Positions 46,229 through 56,232 are shown, counted from the first letter of the stretch. The stretch: 64,000 nt of DNA from Planctomycetota bacterium (GCA_046290465.1 JBKAGP010000001.1:576001-640000), one strand, 5' to 3'. The notes: generated by a model from the sequence alone, not told the origin. Made by a program: numbers and translations.

Positions 46229-47479
46229 TCAGCGCTTGGTCGGCCGCGGGGGCAGCCACGGCAGCTTCGGGACCGCGGCGCGGTCGGGGTAGACCTCGGC
46301 GCGGAGCTGGCGGCCGACCAGGGCGTGGTCGCCGCGCAGCGCCTGGAACGAGAAGTGCACGTGGCCGGGCATGACCGCGTCGGCGCGGCGCGTCAGCAGG
46401 ATCTCGTCGCGCAGTTCGGTGGCGCGGATGCGGCCGCCGCCGTCGCGGATCTTGCTGGTGTAGAGGCCGGGCCAGATCGCGCGGCCCTTGCGGTTCTGCG
46501 CGTGCCAGTAGTCCAGCAGCACCGCGAACGCCTGCGGCTTCTGGTCGATCGGCCAGTACAGCTGCGGCGTCAGGTAGTCGCACCAGCCGTTGCGCAGCCA
46601 CTTCGGCACGTCGGCGTAGATGTCGCTGTACTGGTCGAGTCCGGCCTGGATGCCCTTCGGCACGCCCGGCCGCGCGATCCCGAACGGGCTGATGCCGACC
46701 ATCAGCCACGGCTTCTCGTCGTGCACCAGCTGGTAGAGCCGTTCGACGAACGTGTCGATGTTCTGCCGACGCCAGTCGCCGCGCGACAGCTTGCCGCCCT
46801 GCTTGCGATAGGTCTGCCAGCTCGCGTCGTCGGGGAACGGCCGCTTGTTTTCCGGGTACGGATAGAAGTAGTCGTCGATGTGCACGCCGTCGACGTCGTA
46901 GCGGCGCACGACGTCCTGGATCACCGCCAGCGTCCACTTGCGCGCGGTCGGGTGGCCCGGGTCCATCCACGTCCAGCGACCGTACTTCCACGTCAGGTGC
47001 GGCGCGCGTCGGGTGACGTGGGTCTCGTGCGGCGGCGACTTGCTGGCCTTGTGCACGCAGCGGAACGGGTTGAACCAGGCGTGCAGCTGCAAGCCGTTGC
47101 GGTGGCAGCGGTCGACCAGGTAGGCGAGCGGGTCGAAGCCGTCGGCCGGCGCCTTGCCCTGCACGCCGGTCAGCCACTCCGACCACGGCTCCAGCGGCGA
47201 GTCGTAGAACGCGTCGCCGGCCGCGCGCACCTGGAAGATCAGCGCGTTGAGCCGCAGCTCGACGGCACGGTGCACGATCGCGTCGAGTTCGTCGCGCAGC
47301 TGGTCGACCGACAGTCCCTTGCGCGACGGCCAGTCGATGTTGTTGACGGTCGCGACCCACGCGGCGCGAAACTCGGCGGGCGTGCCGCCACGCGCACGGT
47401 CTTGTGCATCGACCGGCAGAGAACATGCGAGCGTCGCGAGCAGGCACGCGAACGGCAACCAGCGAAAGGCTTGGATCAT
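46229..47479 (-). CDS. Glycoside hydrolase-like family 10 (YddW/DigH-like) protein
   Basis: EFRAAWVATVNNIDWPS, FQVR..GDAFY.S..EPWS, LHAWFNPFR, RYDVDGVHIDDYFYPY, GISPFG, DYLTPQLYW; signal/lipoprotein-like N-terminus. Confidence 0.9.
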   Translation of the reverse strand: MIQAFRWLPFACLLATLACSLPVDAQDRARGGTPAEFRAAWVATVNNIDWPSRKGLSVDQLRDELDAIVHRAVELRLNALIFQVRAAGDAFYDSPLEPWSEWLTGVQGKAPADGFDPLAYLVDRCHRNGLQLHAWFNPFRCVHKASKSPPHETHVTRRAPHLTWKYGRWTWMDPGHPTARKWTLAVIQDVVRRYDVDGVHIDDYFYPYPENKRPFPDDASWQTYRKQGGKLSRGDWRRQNIDTFVERLYQLVHDEKPWLMVGISPFGIARPGVPKGIQAGLDQYSDIYADVPKWLRNGWCDYLTPQLYWPIDQKPQAFAVLLDYWHAQNRKGRAIWPGLYTSKIRDGGGRIRATELRDEILLTRRADAVMPGHVHFSFQALRGDHALVGRQLRAEVYPDRAAVPKLPWLPPRPTKR

Positions 47480-47702
47480 CGGCAAACAGCACCCCCGTAG
47501 CTCCCGTATCATGCCGGGTTCGACGCCGGTGTCCCACCTCGCTCTGCTCGAAGCGGCTGGCGGTGGGGTGTTGGCGGTTCGGGCCAACTTTCCTGCCGTC
47601 CTCGGCGACCTCGCAGACGGGATGCAGCGACGTCGCGTGCGAGCTACGTTGCATCCTTCCCGGCCGCGAATCTTCTCGGCCCGGACCGATACCCACGCCC
47701 AC

Positions 47703-50700
47703 ATGTCCGCCCCTCGCTCCCTGTTGTTCGTCGCGCTCGGCGCGTCGCTCGCCGTCGCCCAGAACGGCCGTCGCCCCGAGGACTTCCAGATCGCGATCGG
47801 CATGCAGAACCGCGGCCTGCACGAGGAGGCGGTGCGCTACCTGAGCAAGTTCGTGCGCGAGAACGGCCAGCACCAGCTCGTGCCCGAGGCCTACTACCGG
47901 CTGGCGCAGTCGCAGATCGAGCGCAAGCAGACCGACGCCGCCATCGACGCGCTGAAGAAGGCGCTGCAGCGCGGTGGCGCCAGGTTCGAGCTGCTGCCGG
48001 AGGCGCGCTACCGACTCGGCGGCCTGCTGCAGGAGAAGGGCGACCAGCAGGGGGCGCAGCAGCAGTTCGCGGCGCTGGCGGGCGGCGTCGCCGACGACCA
48101 CTACCTCGCAGCGGCGGCGAGCTACGCGCTCGGCGAGACGTTGCGCGACCTCGACCGCGACGCGCCGGCGGCCGAGGCGTTCGGCAAGGCGGCCGCGCTG
48201 GCCGACGGTGAGCAGCGCGGCTTCCGATTTCCGTCGCTGTACCAGCAAGGCTTCGCCTACCTGCGCCTCAACCAGTTCGATCCGGCCGCCAAGGCGTTCG
48301 CCCGGGCGTGCGACGTCGCGCCGGACCAGGCGGCCAAGGGCGAGTGCAGCTACCTGGTCGGCGACGCGCGGCTGCGGCTCGAGCAGTACGTACCCGCGCG
48401 ACAGGCGTTCGAGGCGGCGCGCAAGGTCGGCGGCGAGTTCGCCGACGACGCGCAGTTCGGCCTCGGCTGGGTCGCGCTCGGCAGCGACGATCGCGACGGC
48501 GCGCTGCGCGCGTTCGGGCGGCTGATCGAGCGCCACCCGGATTCTCCGTTCGTCGCCAATGCACGGCTCGAACGGGCGCGCTGCTACTACCAGGCGCAGC
48601 AGTTCGACCGGGCCGGCAACGAACTGCGGCCGCTGCTGGCCGAGGCCGGTCCGCTGCAGCAGGAGGCGCGCGAACTCGAAGGCCTGTGTGCGCTGGCCAG
48701 CGGCAAGGGCCAGGCGGCGGTGCAGACGCTGGAGCAAGCGCTCGCCGCGGCTAGCGACGAGGACAAGCCGCGGCTGTCGTTCGCGCTCGGTGAGGCGTTG
48801 TCCAACCTCGAGCAATGGGGCGATGCGCTGCGGGCCTACCGCGCGGTGCCGGCGTCGGTCGGCGCAGACCTCTACGGCGACGCGCTCTACGGCGCCTGCC
48901 ACGCGCTGCACGAACTCGGTCGCAACCAGGAGTCGATCCAGTGCGCCGACGCGGTCCTGCAGCTCGAGCCGGCGCACCGTTCGCGGGTGCTGGCGCAGCT
49001 GGCGATCGCCGAGAACCGCTTCGCGCTGCGCGAGTTCGCCGCCGCCGAGCAGGTCTACCAGCAGCTGGAGAAGGTCGACGCGCACCGCCGCACGGCGCGC
49101 TGGAAGCTGTCGTGGTGCCGCTACCTGCAGGGGGACAAGCAGGGCGCGGCCGAGCGCTTCGGTGCGGTCGCCAAGGACCGTGAGGACGGCAACGCCGAGG
49201 AGGCGATGGCGATGCAGGCGCTGGCGCTCTACGAGAGCGGCGCCCAGGACCCGGCGCTGCAGGTCGCCGACCGCTACCGCGCGCGCTACCAGCAGGGCCG
49301 CTTCCTGGCGCGCACCGAGCGGATCGCGGCGCGCGTGCTGCGCCAGCGCGGCGACCTCGGCGCGGCCCAGCGCCGGCTCGAGCGCGCCGCCGCGATCGCG
49401 CGGCAGCAGGGCGGTGACGAGGCCGGCAGCGCCGACGTCGCCGAGCAGGCCGACCTCGCCTACCAGCAGGGCGACTACGAGGCCGCCGACCAGCTGTTCG
49501 CGCAGCTGACGTCGCGCGACGACGCGACCGGCGCGCGCGCGCTGGCGGGGCGCGCGTGGTGTGCGTTCGAGCTGGGCAACGACGCGCCGTGCCTGCAGGC
49601 GCTGCAGGCAGCCCGGCAACACCCGGCGGCCAAGGACGAGCTGGCCGGGTTGCTCGAGCTGGAGTCGGCGGTGCGCCACCGGCGGCAGGAGTGGCCAGAG
49701 GCGATCCAGGCGGCGCGCACGTTCTTGCAGAACCACGGCAAGCACCCGAAGGCGCCGATGCTGCGCTATGCGCTCGGCGTCGCGCTGGCGCGCAACGGCG
49801 ACCAGAAGGGCGCGCAGCAGGTGCTCGCCGCGCTGGCCGCCGACGGCGGCTACAACGAGCCCGATCGCGTCGTCTACGAACTCGCGTGGGCGCTGCGGCG
49901 CGGCGGCGACGAACGCGCGGCGCTGCAGCAGTTCGGCAAGGTCACGGCGATGACCGAGGACGTCGAGCTGGCCGGCGAGTCGCGGCTGTTCGTCGGCACC
50001 GACCTGCTGGCGCAACAGCCACCGAAGCTCGCAGCCGCGCGCAAGGTGCTCGAGCAGGTGCAGGGCAGCCACCGCAAGCAGGCGCTCTACCGGCTCGGCT
50101 TCGCCGAGTTCGAGGCCGCGACCGCTGAGGCCGCGATCGCTGAGGATGGCGCGCCGGTCGATCGCAAGCTGCTCGGTGCAGCGCGCGACCACTTCACCGA
50201 GATCGTCGGCATCGAGGGCGAGGAGCTGCGCCACGAAGCGCTCTACCTCGGCGCCGAGTCGTGCCGACGGCTCGGCGATGCCGAGGGCGCGCTGCAGCGC
50301 GCGCAGCTGCTGCTGCGGGAGGCCAACCAGCACGCGCGCGCGCCGCGGGCGCGGTTGGTGGTCGGCGAGTGCGCCCTGCTTGCCGAACGGCCCGACGACG
50401 CGATCGCGCCGTTGGAGCGGTTCCTGCGCGAGCACGACGCCGCCGCGGACGAGGTCGCGCGCGCCGACGCGGCGCGCGCCAACCTGTGGCTCGGCAAGGC
50501 CCGGCTGCAGCGGCGCCAGCACGAGCAGGCCGAGCGCTGCTTCCAGCTGGTGACCGGCCTCAGCGACGGCGCGCTCGCGGCCGAGGCGCAGTTCCGGCTC
50601 GGCGAGAGCCGCGCGCTGCGCAACGACCTCAACGGCGCGGCCGACGCGTTCGTCAAGATCCCGATCCTCTATGCCGACGCCGAGTGGGTGCGTAAGGGCC

Positions 50701-50825
50701 TGCTGCAGGCCGGCCTCACCTACAAGCGCATGAAGCAGCCGGCCAAGGCCACGCGGTTCTTCGACGAGCTGCTCGACAAGCACAAGGGCAGCGACGAAGC
50801 CAAGGTCGCGGCCGCGCAACGATAG
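47703..50825 (+). CDS. Large secreted/periplasmic TPR protein (CpoB/BamD-like repeats)
   Basis: Signal peptide; ~20 TPR-like units (PEAYYRLA, DDAQFGLGW, RHPDSPF..NA, AEAQFRLGE). Confidence 0.9.
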   Translation: MSAPRSLLFVALGASLAVAQNGRRPEDFQIAIGMQNRGLHEEAVRYLSKFVRENGQHQLVPEAYYRLAQSQIERKQTDAAIDALKKALQRGGARFELLPEARYRLGGLLQEKGDQQGAQQQFAALAGGVADDHYLAAAASYALGETLRDLDRDAPAAEAFGKAAALADGEQRGFRFPSLYQQGFAYLRLNQFDPAAKAFARACDVAPDQAAKGECSYLVGDARLRLEQYVPARQAFEAARKVGGEFADDAQFGLGWVALGSDDRDGALRAFGRLIERHPDSPFVANARLERARCYYQAQQFDRAGNELRPLLAEAGPLQQEARELEGLCALASGKGQAAVQTLEQALAAASDEDKPRLSFALGEALSNLEQWGDALRAYRAVPASVGADLYGDALYGACHALHELGRNQESIQCADAVLQLEPAHRSRVLAQLAIAENRFALREFAAAEQVYQQLEKVDAHRRTARWKLSWCRYLQGDKQGAAERFGAVAKDREDGNAEEAMAMQALALYESGAQDPALQVADRYRARYQQGRFLARTERIAARVLRQRGDLGAAQRRLERAAAIARQQGGDEAGSADVAEQADLAYQQGDYEAADQLFAQLTSRDDATGARALAGRAWCAFELGNDAPCLQALQAARQHPAAKDELAGLLELESAVRHRRQEWPEAIQAARTFLQNHGKHPKAPMLRYALGVALARNGDQKGAQQVLAALAADGGYNEPDRVVYELAWALRRGGDERAALQQFGKVTAMTEDVELAGESRLFVGTDLLAQQPPKLAAARKVLEQVQGSHRKQALYRLGFAEFEAATAEAAIAEDGAPVDRKLLGAARDHFTEIVGIEGEELRHEALYLGAESCRRLGDAEGALQRAQLLLREANQHARAPRARLVVGECALLAERPDDAIAPLERFLREHDAAADEVARADAARANLWLGKARLQRRQHEQAERCFQLVTGLSDGALAAEAQFRLGESRALRNDLNGAADAFVKIPILYADAEWVRKGLLQAGLTYKRMKQPAKATRFFDELLDKHKGSDEAKVAAAQR

Positions 50826-50838
50826 ACAGGACTCCGCC

Positions 50839-51573
50839 ATGCTCTCGCTGATGCCCCAGTCGCCGAACGTCGTGCAGACGATCGGCGAGTTCTTCACCGC
50901 CGGCGGCCTGTTGATGTGGCCGATCCTGATCTGCTCGATCGTGTTGGTCGGCCTTGCGCTCGAACGGTACCTGAGCCTGCGTCGCGGTCGCGTGCTGCCG
51001 CAGGTCGTCGTCGACGCGGCGCACCAGTGCACCGAGGGCCGCGCCGACGTGATCGCCGCCGGGATCCTCGAGGCCAGGGCGCCGGGCGCGCGCGTGCTGG
51101 CGGCCGGGCTGCGGCGCCGCGGCTGCCTGCTCGCCGACGTCGAGAAGGCGATGGAGGACCGCCTGCACGAGGAGGGCGCCAAGCTGAAGGGCAACGTCGC
51201 CGGCATCCTGGTGGTCGCCGCGGTCGCGCCGCTGCTCGGCCTGCTCGGCACCGTGCTCGGCATTGCCGACGCGTTCGCGGCGGTCGAACAGACCGGGCTC
51301 GGCAGCCAGGAGGGCAGCGAAGCGCTCGCCGCCGGCATCAAGGTCGCGCTCTACACGACGATCTTCGGCCTGTTCGTGGCGATCCCGGCGACGCTGCTCG
51401 CCGCGCACCTGAAGGCGCGCGCCCGGCGGCTGGTCGCGGCGATCGCCGACACCGTGACGCCGACCGTCGAGGCGCTGGCGTCGCTGCCGCCGACGGCGAA
51501 GACCCCGGACCCGGCCGCGGCCGAGCGGGACGCGGCGTCGAGCGACGAGCCGGAGGAGACCCATGCGGCTTGA
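50839..51573 (+). CDS. MotA/TolQ/ExbB proton channel family protein
   Basis: GG.LMWPIL.CS...LERY, APLLGLLGTVLG, GI.VALYTT.FGL.VAIP. Confidence 0.93.
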   Translation: MLSLMPQSPNVVQTIGEFFTAGGLLMWPILICSIVLVGLALERYLSLRRGRVLPQVVVDAAHQCTEGRADVIAAGILEARAPGARVLAAGLRRRGCLLADVEKAMEDRLHEEGAKLKGNVAGILVVAAVAPLLGLLGTVLGIADAFAAVEQTGLGSQEGSEALAAGIKVALYTTIFGLFVAIPATLLAAHLKARARRLVAAIADTVTPTVEALASLPPTAKTPDPAAAERDAASSDEPEETHAA

Positions 51574-51976
51574 GTCCGACAGCGACGAAGAGCTCGGCAT
51601 CAACCTGATGCCGCTGGTCGACGTGGTGTTCCTGCTGCTGATCTTCTTTCTGGCGGCGACGACGTTCTCGCGCGACGAGGTCGAACTCGACCTGCGCCTG
51701 CCCGAGGCCAAGACCGGCGAGGCCGGCAAGTCCAACCGGCAGCTGATCATCAACGTGTCCTCGGACGGCTCGCTGACGATGGCGGGGCGCAACGTCACGT
51801 TCGAGGCGCTCAAGCAGAAGCTGGTCGCCGCCGTGTCGCGCAACAAGGACCAGGCGGTCTTGGTGCGCGGCGACAAGGCGGCGCAGTTCGGCATCGGCCT
51901 GCAGGTGCTCGACACCTGCCGGATGGCCAAGGTCAAGAAGGTCGACTTCGCGGCGCTGCCGTCGAAGAAGGGGTAG
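51563..51976 (+). CDS. ExbD/TolR biopolymer transport protein
   Basis: INLMPLVDVVFLLLIFF (essential Asp), LP.A, VRGDK; overlaps the ExbB gene end. Confidence 0.93.
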   Translation: MRLESDSDEELGINLMPLVDVVFLLLIFFLAATTFSRDEVELDLRLPEAKTGEAGKSNRQLIINVSSDGSLTMAGRNVTFEALKQKLVAAVSRNKDQAVLVRGDKAAQFGIGLQVLDTCRMAKVKKVDFAALPSKKG

Positions 51977-51980
51977 GCAC

Positions 51981-54900
51981 ATGGCGATCGGGGCGCGCAC
52001 CAGGCGGTGGTTGATGTGGGCGGCGTGGACCGTCCTGTGCCTGGCGTCCGCGATGTACGTCGGCCTCGTCGTCGGTCGGCCGCTCTACTACAGCGACGGC
52101 GGCCAGCAGGTCGCCGGTGCCGACATGGCCGGCGCCGGCATGCTGCGCTGGACCACGCCCGCGGCCGAACGCGAACTGCCGGTCGATCCGATCGGGCGGG
52201 TGGCGCAGCTGCCGGACGGGGCGCTGCTGTTCGGCATGGCCACGGAAGCGGGCACCAGCGACCTGTTCACCTGGCACCCGGATCGCCCCGACGTGCCGCC
52301 CGAGCCCGCCTACGGTCTCAACACCGAGCACAACGAACTGGCGCCGGCGGTCGGTCCCGACCAGCGCGTCTACTTCACGTCGGACCGGCCGGACGCGATC
52401 GGCGGCTACGACCTGTTCGCGACCACCTGGACGCCGCGCGGCTTCGGCCGGGTGACGCCGATGGCGGCCTGCAACACGGCGTTCGACGAGACCGATCCGG
52501 CTCCCGATCCGACCGGCACGTCGCTGGTGTTCGTGCGCATCGACCGCGCCATCGACGACGGCAACGACGGCGTGCTCTACCGCTGGCTGCTCGGCGATCC
52601 GCTCGATCCGTCGCTGGTGTTCCCCGACCAGGCGCGCCGCCGCGAACGGGTGGTCGATCGCGATCCGGCGTTCGCGCCCAACGGTGCGTCGCTGTGGTTC
52701 GTGCGCAAGTTGCGCGGCCGGCCGCTGCTGGTGTGCCGCACCAGCCGGCTCGGCGACGCGTTCGACCGCCCGGTCGAACTGTCGCTCGCATGGGGCACGC
52801 GGTCGCTGCGCAGCCCGCTGCCGCTGCCGGACGGGCAGTCGGTCGCGTTCGTGCAGCCGGCGGCCGGCGAGGACCCGGCGCTGTGGTTCGTCAGCCGTGC
52901 CGAGGAGTTGGTGCCGTGGTGGCCCGGCCAGCAGTGGCTCGAATGGCTGTGCCTGTCGCTGATCGCGTGCGCGGCGCTGCTGCTGCTGCTGCTCTACTTC
53001 GGCCAGCGCTGGAGCGCGCTCGACCTGGTCGCGCAGTGCCTGCTGCTGTCGCTGCTGCTGCACGTGCTGCTGTTCCTGTGGCTGATGGGCGTCGAGATCG
53101 CCGGCTCGCTGCTGCCCGGCAGCGACGACGACGACAGCGGCATGCAGGTCAGCATCGTCGCCTCCGCGGGCGTGGCCAGCGCGAGCCCTTCGGGCGGTGC
53201 GGGCGACGTCGCCGCCAAGGTGCAGCGCACGGTGCGCGAACGTTCGTTCGAGGTGGCCCAGCCGGGCACGGCGACGCAGCGGCCGCAGCCCGACGCGAGC
53301 AACAGCCTCGCGGTCGAGAGCGGCGCCTACCAGGCCGAGCCGACCGCCGAGGCCGAGGCCGAGCCGGCGCAGCTCGACGACGCCGCGGCCGAACTGCAGA
53401 AGCGCGACGGCAGCGATGCGGCGGCCGAACTGCAGCAGGCTGCGATCGGCGCCGTCCAACAGGTGCAGCAGCGAGCCGATCGGGCAGCTGCGCGTTCGGC
53501 AGCGGCCGATCCGAACGCCGAGGCCCGGGTCGTTAGGGTCGAGACGCCCGGCAGCGGCGTGGCGCGCGCGGCGGCGCGCGCGGTCGAGATCGCTGAGGGC
53601 GACGCCAACGCGGCGATCCCGATGCGATCGAGCCCGTCCAACAGCAGCTCGCCCGATGCGCCGGCGATGCAGGACGCCGCCTCGGCGGCGTCGCTGGCCG
53701 CGGCCGAAACGCGCGCGGACGCGGCGCCCGCACCGGTCGGCATGACCACCGAGGCGTCGCTGTCGGCGGCGCCGGCGAGCGCGTCGGTCGCGGCTCCAGA
53801 GCGCGGCGCCAGCAAGACCAGCGACGACGCGGTCACGGTCGCGATGCCCGGCAGCACCGTCGGTCGTTCGGCCAGCCGTCGCATCGACGCCCAGCCGGCG
53901 GCGCGCGAGGTCGCGGTCGCCGGGCCGCGCAGCCTGCCGCGACCCAGCATGCAGCTGCGCGGCGATCGCCCGGCCGGCGGCGCGCTGCCGGCGCGCAGCG
54001 AGGCCGCCGGCCCCGCACCGACTGCTGCGGTCGCCGCCGTCGAGGTGACGGCACCGGCCACACCCGACACGTCGACGGTCCGGGCGGCCCGCACCGCGCG
54101 GGCCGGCGAGCGGCCGTCGCCGCGCGAATCGCTGGCGACGCCGGGCTCGGCGCTGCGCCGTTCGCGACCGGTGGTGGCGATGCGCGGGCCGAGCGTGCGC
54201 ACGGCGCCGAAGGCCAGCCTGCGCGGTGGTGCGCCGATCGCGCTGAAGGATGGCGGCGGCCGACGCCCCGGCGGCGACGCGCCCAGCCGCGAGCCGCGAG
54301 CAGCGGCGGCCAGTGCGCCGGTCGCCGCCGCCGCGCAGCCGCTGCCGGACCAGCCGACCGGCAACCCGTCGTTCGCGCCGCGGCGCGCGCGCCCGGCGCG
54401 CAGCAGCACCGCCGGGGCGTTCGCCGCGCGGTTCCCGGTGACGCCGCCCGGCACCGAGGTCGCGCGCGCCGCGCCGCGGCCGTCGTCGCTGCCGCAGCCG
54501 AGCCAGCCGGTGGTCCAGAAGAACGCCTACAGCAACCGCTTCGGCCCGGCCAAGGCGCAGGCGCTGGAGCGCTTCGGCGGCACCGAGGAGACCGAGCGCG
54601 CGGTGCGCGACGGGCTGGCCTACCTGGCCAGCATCCAGAACCGCGACGGCTCGTGGGGCAACCGCCGCGACTACGACGGCAAGTACGGCTTCGTCTACGT
54701 CGGCAAGACCGCGCTGTGCATGCTGGCGTTCCTGGGCGCGGGCCACACGCCGTCGTCGAACAGCGAGCACTCGGTGGTGGTCACCCGCGCGCTCGAGCAT
54801 CTGCTGGCGCTGCAGGACGAGGACACCGGCGCGTTCGGCCGCAGCTCGTGCTACGGCCACGGCATCGCGACCTATGCGCTGGCCGAGTGCTACGGCCTGA

Positions 54901-55631
54901 CCAAGAACGACGACCTGCTGCGCCCGCTCGAGGACGCGCTGACCTGGATCCTGGCCAACCAGGGCCCGCGCAGCGACCAGCGCAACCGCGGCGGCTGGGG
55001 CTACTTCTCGCCCGGTCTGCGGGCCGAGGACAGCTACGCGCGCGTGTCGGTGTCGTCGTGGATGATCATGGCGCTCGAGTCGGCGCGTCTGTCGGGCATC
55101 GAACTGCCCGAGGACGTGCTGCCGGCGGCGCGCCAGTACCTCGAGCTGTCGTTCGACCGCCCGAACGGCTGGTTCCGCTACAACCACAAGCCGTCGCGGC
55201 TGCGCTCTGGCTGGCCGACGCTGCCCGCCAGCACGCCGGCGGCGGCGTTCTGCCTGATGCTGATGGGCGTCGAGAAGGACGACCGCATGGTCGAGGTCGC
55301 CAGCGACTACACGGTCGAGCGCCGGCCGCGCAGCTACCGGCGCTACCGCGACGACGACTTCGTGCTGCGCGGCCAGGGCAACGTCTACTTCTGGTACTAC
55401 GGCTCGCTGTGCTGCTTCCTGAAGGGCGGCCAGCAGTGGCAGCGGTGGAACGAACGGCTCAGCACGGTACTGCCGCAGGCGCAGAACGAGGACGGCTCGT
55501 GGACGCCGATCGACGTCTACGCCGAGGAGGCCGGCGACAACCGGCGTGACCGCAGCTACACGACGGCGATGTGCGTGCTGAGCCTGGAGGTCTACTACCG
55601 ATACTTCACGCCGCTGCTGTTGGGTCGGTAG
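51981..55631 (+). CDS. Multidomain membrane protein: PD40/TolB-like propeller, TM hairpin with TonB-type S-x3-H motif, Ala/Pro/Arg-rich linker, prenyltransferase-like alpha barrel
   Basis: LNTEHNELAPAV.PD..VYFTSDRP...GGYDL and NTAFDETDPAP (PD40); LLSLLLHVLL; ~470-aa low-complexity linker; QW-like repeats LASIQNRDGSW, LALQDEDTGAF, RGGWGY, AQNEDGSW; LSLEVYYRY. Confidence 0.85.
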   Translation: MAIGARTRRWLMWAAWTVLCLASAMYVGLVVGRPLYYSDGGQQVAGADMAGAGMLRWTTPAAERELPVDPIGRVAQLPDGALLFGMATEAGTSDLFTWHPDRPDVPPEPAYGLNTEHNELAPAVGPDQRVYFTSDRPDAIGGYDLFATTWTPRGFGRVTPMAACNTAFDETDPAPDPTGTSLVFVRIDRAIDDGNDGVLYRWLLGDPLDPSLVFPDQARRRERVVDRDPAFAPNGASLWFVRKLRGRPLLVCRTSRLGDAFDRPVELSLAWGTRSLRSPLPLPDGQSVAFVQPAAGEDPALWFVSRAEELVPWWPGQQWLEWLCLSLIACAALLLLLLYFGQRWSALDLVAQCLLLSLLLHVLLFLWLMGVEIAGSLLPGSDDDDSGMQVSIVASAGVASASPSGGAGDVAAKVQRTVRERSFEVAQPGTATQRPQPDASNSLAVESGAYQAEPTAEAEAEPAQLDDAAAELQKRDGSDAAAELQQAAIGAVQQVQQRADRAAARSAAADPNAEARVVRVETPGSGVARAAARAVEIAEGDANAAIPMRSSPSNSSSPDAPAMQDAASAASLAAAETRADAAPAPVGMTTEASLSAAPASASVAAPERGASKTSDDAVTVAMPGSTVGRSASRRIDAQPAAREVAVAGPRSLPRPSMQLRGDRPAGGALPARSEAAGPAPTAAVAAVEVTAPATPDTSTVRAARTARAGERPSPRESLATPGSALRRSRPVVAMRGPSVRTAPKASLRGGAPIALKDGGGRRPGGDAPSREPRAAAASAPVAAAAQPLPDQPTGNPSFAPRRARPARSSTAGAFAARFPVTPPGTEVARAAPRPSSLPQPSQPVVQKNAYSNRFGPAKAQALERFGGTEETERAVRDGLAYLASIQNRDGSWGNRRDYDGKYGFVYVGKTALCMLAFLGAGHTPSSNSEHSVVVTRALEHLLALQDEDTGAFGRSSCYGHGIATYALAECYGLTKNDDLLRPLEDALTWILANQGPRSDQRNRGGWGYFSPGLRAEDSYARVSVSSWMIMALESARLSGIELPEDVLPAARQYLELSFDRPNGWFRYNHKPSRLRSGWPTLPASTPAAAFCLMLMGVEKDDRMVEVASDYTVERRPRSYRRYRDDDFVLRGQGNVYFWYYGSLCCFLKGGQQWQRWNERLSTVLPQAQNEDGSWTPIDVYAEEAGDNRRDRSYTTAMCVLSLEVYYRYFTPLLLGR

Positions 55632-55659
55632 GCCCGGCGGGCTACTGTGCCGGCCCCAG

Positions 55660-56232
55660 ATGTCCAACACCAAGTTCGTGCTCCGCACGGTCGTGCTCGC
55701 GCTCGCGGGCAGCGTGCTCGTCTTCCTCGGCGTCGGCCTGATCCTGGCCGACGAATGGACGGTCACGACCACGCGCACGATGGCGCTGCCGCCGGCGCAG
55801 GTCGCCGGGGCCGTGCGCGACCTCGACGCGTGGTCGAAGTGGTCGTCGATCGACTTCCAGCTCGGCAACCCGACCAACCGCAGCTTCCGCGGCGAGGCCG
55901 GCAAGCCGGGGCAGGAGGCGATGTGGAGCGGCCCGCTCGGCCAGGCGGTGGTGACGCTCGACGCGGTGACCGAGACCGGCGTCGACTACCGCATCGGCTT
56001 CGTCTACCGCCAGGGCAACACCGGCGGCAAGTTCGCCGGCAGCATCAGCTGGAAGGCGAACGGCGGCTCCACCGAGGTGACCTGGACCGAGCACGGCAAG
56101 CTCAACTCGCTGATCGAGCGCTGGACCAACTGGTTCGGGGCGCTGCAGGACAAGGTGCAGCAGATCCAGCGCGCCAGCCTCGCCGGCCTCGAGGAGCACG
56201 TGCTCGAGCAGCAGCCGGACGGCAACAAGTAG
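55660..56232 (+). CDS. SRPBCC (polyketide cyclase-like) family protein with N-terminal anchor
   Basis: N-terminal TM; DL.AWSKWS, GSTEVTWT, C-terminal helix SLAGLEE. Confidence 0.75.
   Translation: MSNTKFVLRTVVLALAGSVLVFLGVGLILADEWTVTTTRTMALPPAQVAGAVRDLDAWSKWSSIDFQLGNPTNRSFRGEAGKPGQEAMWSGPLGQAVVTLDAVTETGVDYRIGFVYRQGNTGGKFAGSISWKANGGSTEVTWTEHGKLNSLIERWTNWFGALQDKVQQIQRASLAGLEEHVLEQQPDGNK

Noticed and set aside
47508..47540. tRNA-like fragment gccgggttcgacgccggtgtcccacc
   Set aside because: It contains GTTCGA, but the T-stem does not pair properly and no D arm or anticodon arm is present.
51981..55631. Squalene-hopene cyclase or terpene biosynthetic cluster (also 15822-17006)
   Set aside because: Each protein has only a single barrel, no DXDD motif, a predicted extracytoplasmic location, and no neighbouring isoprenoid genes.
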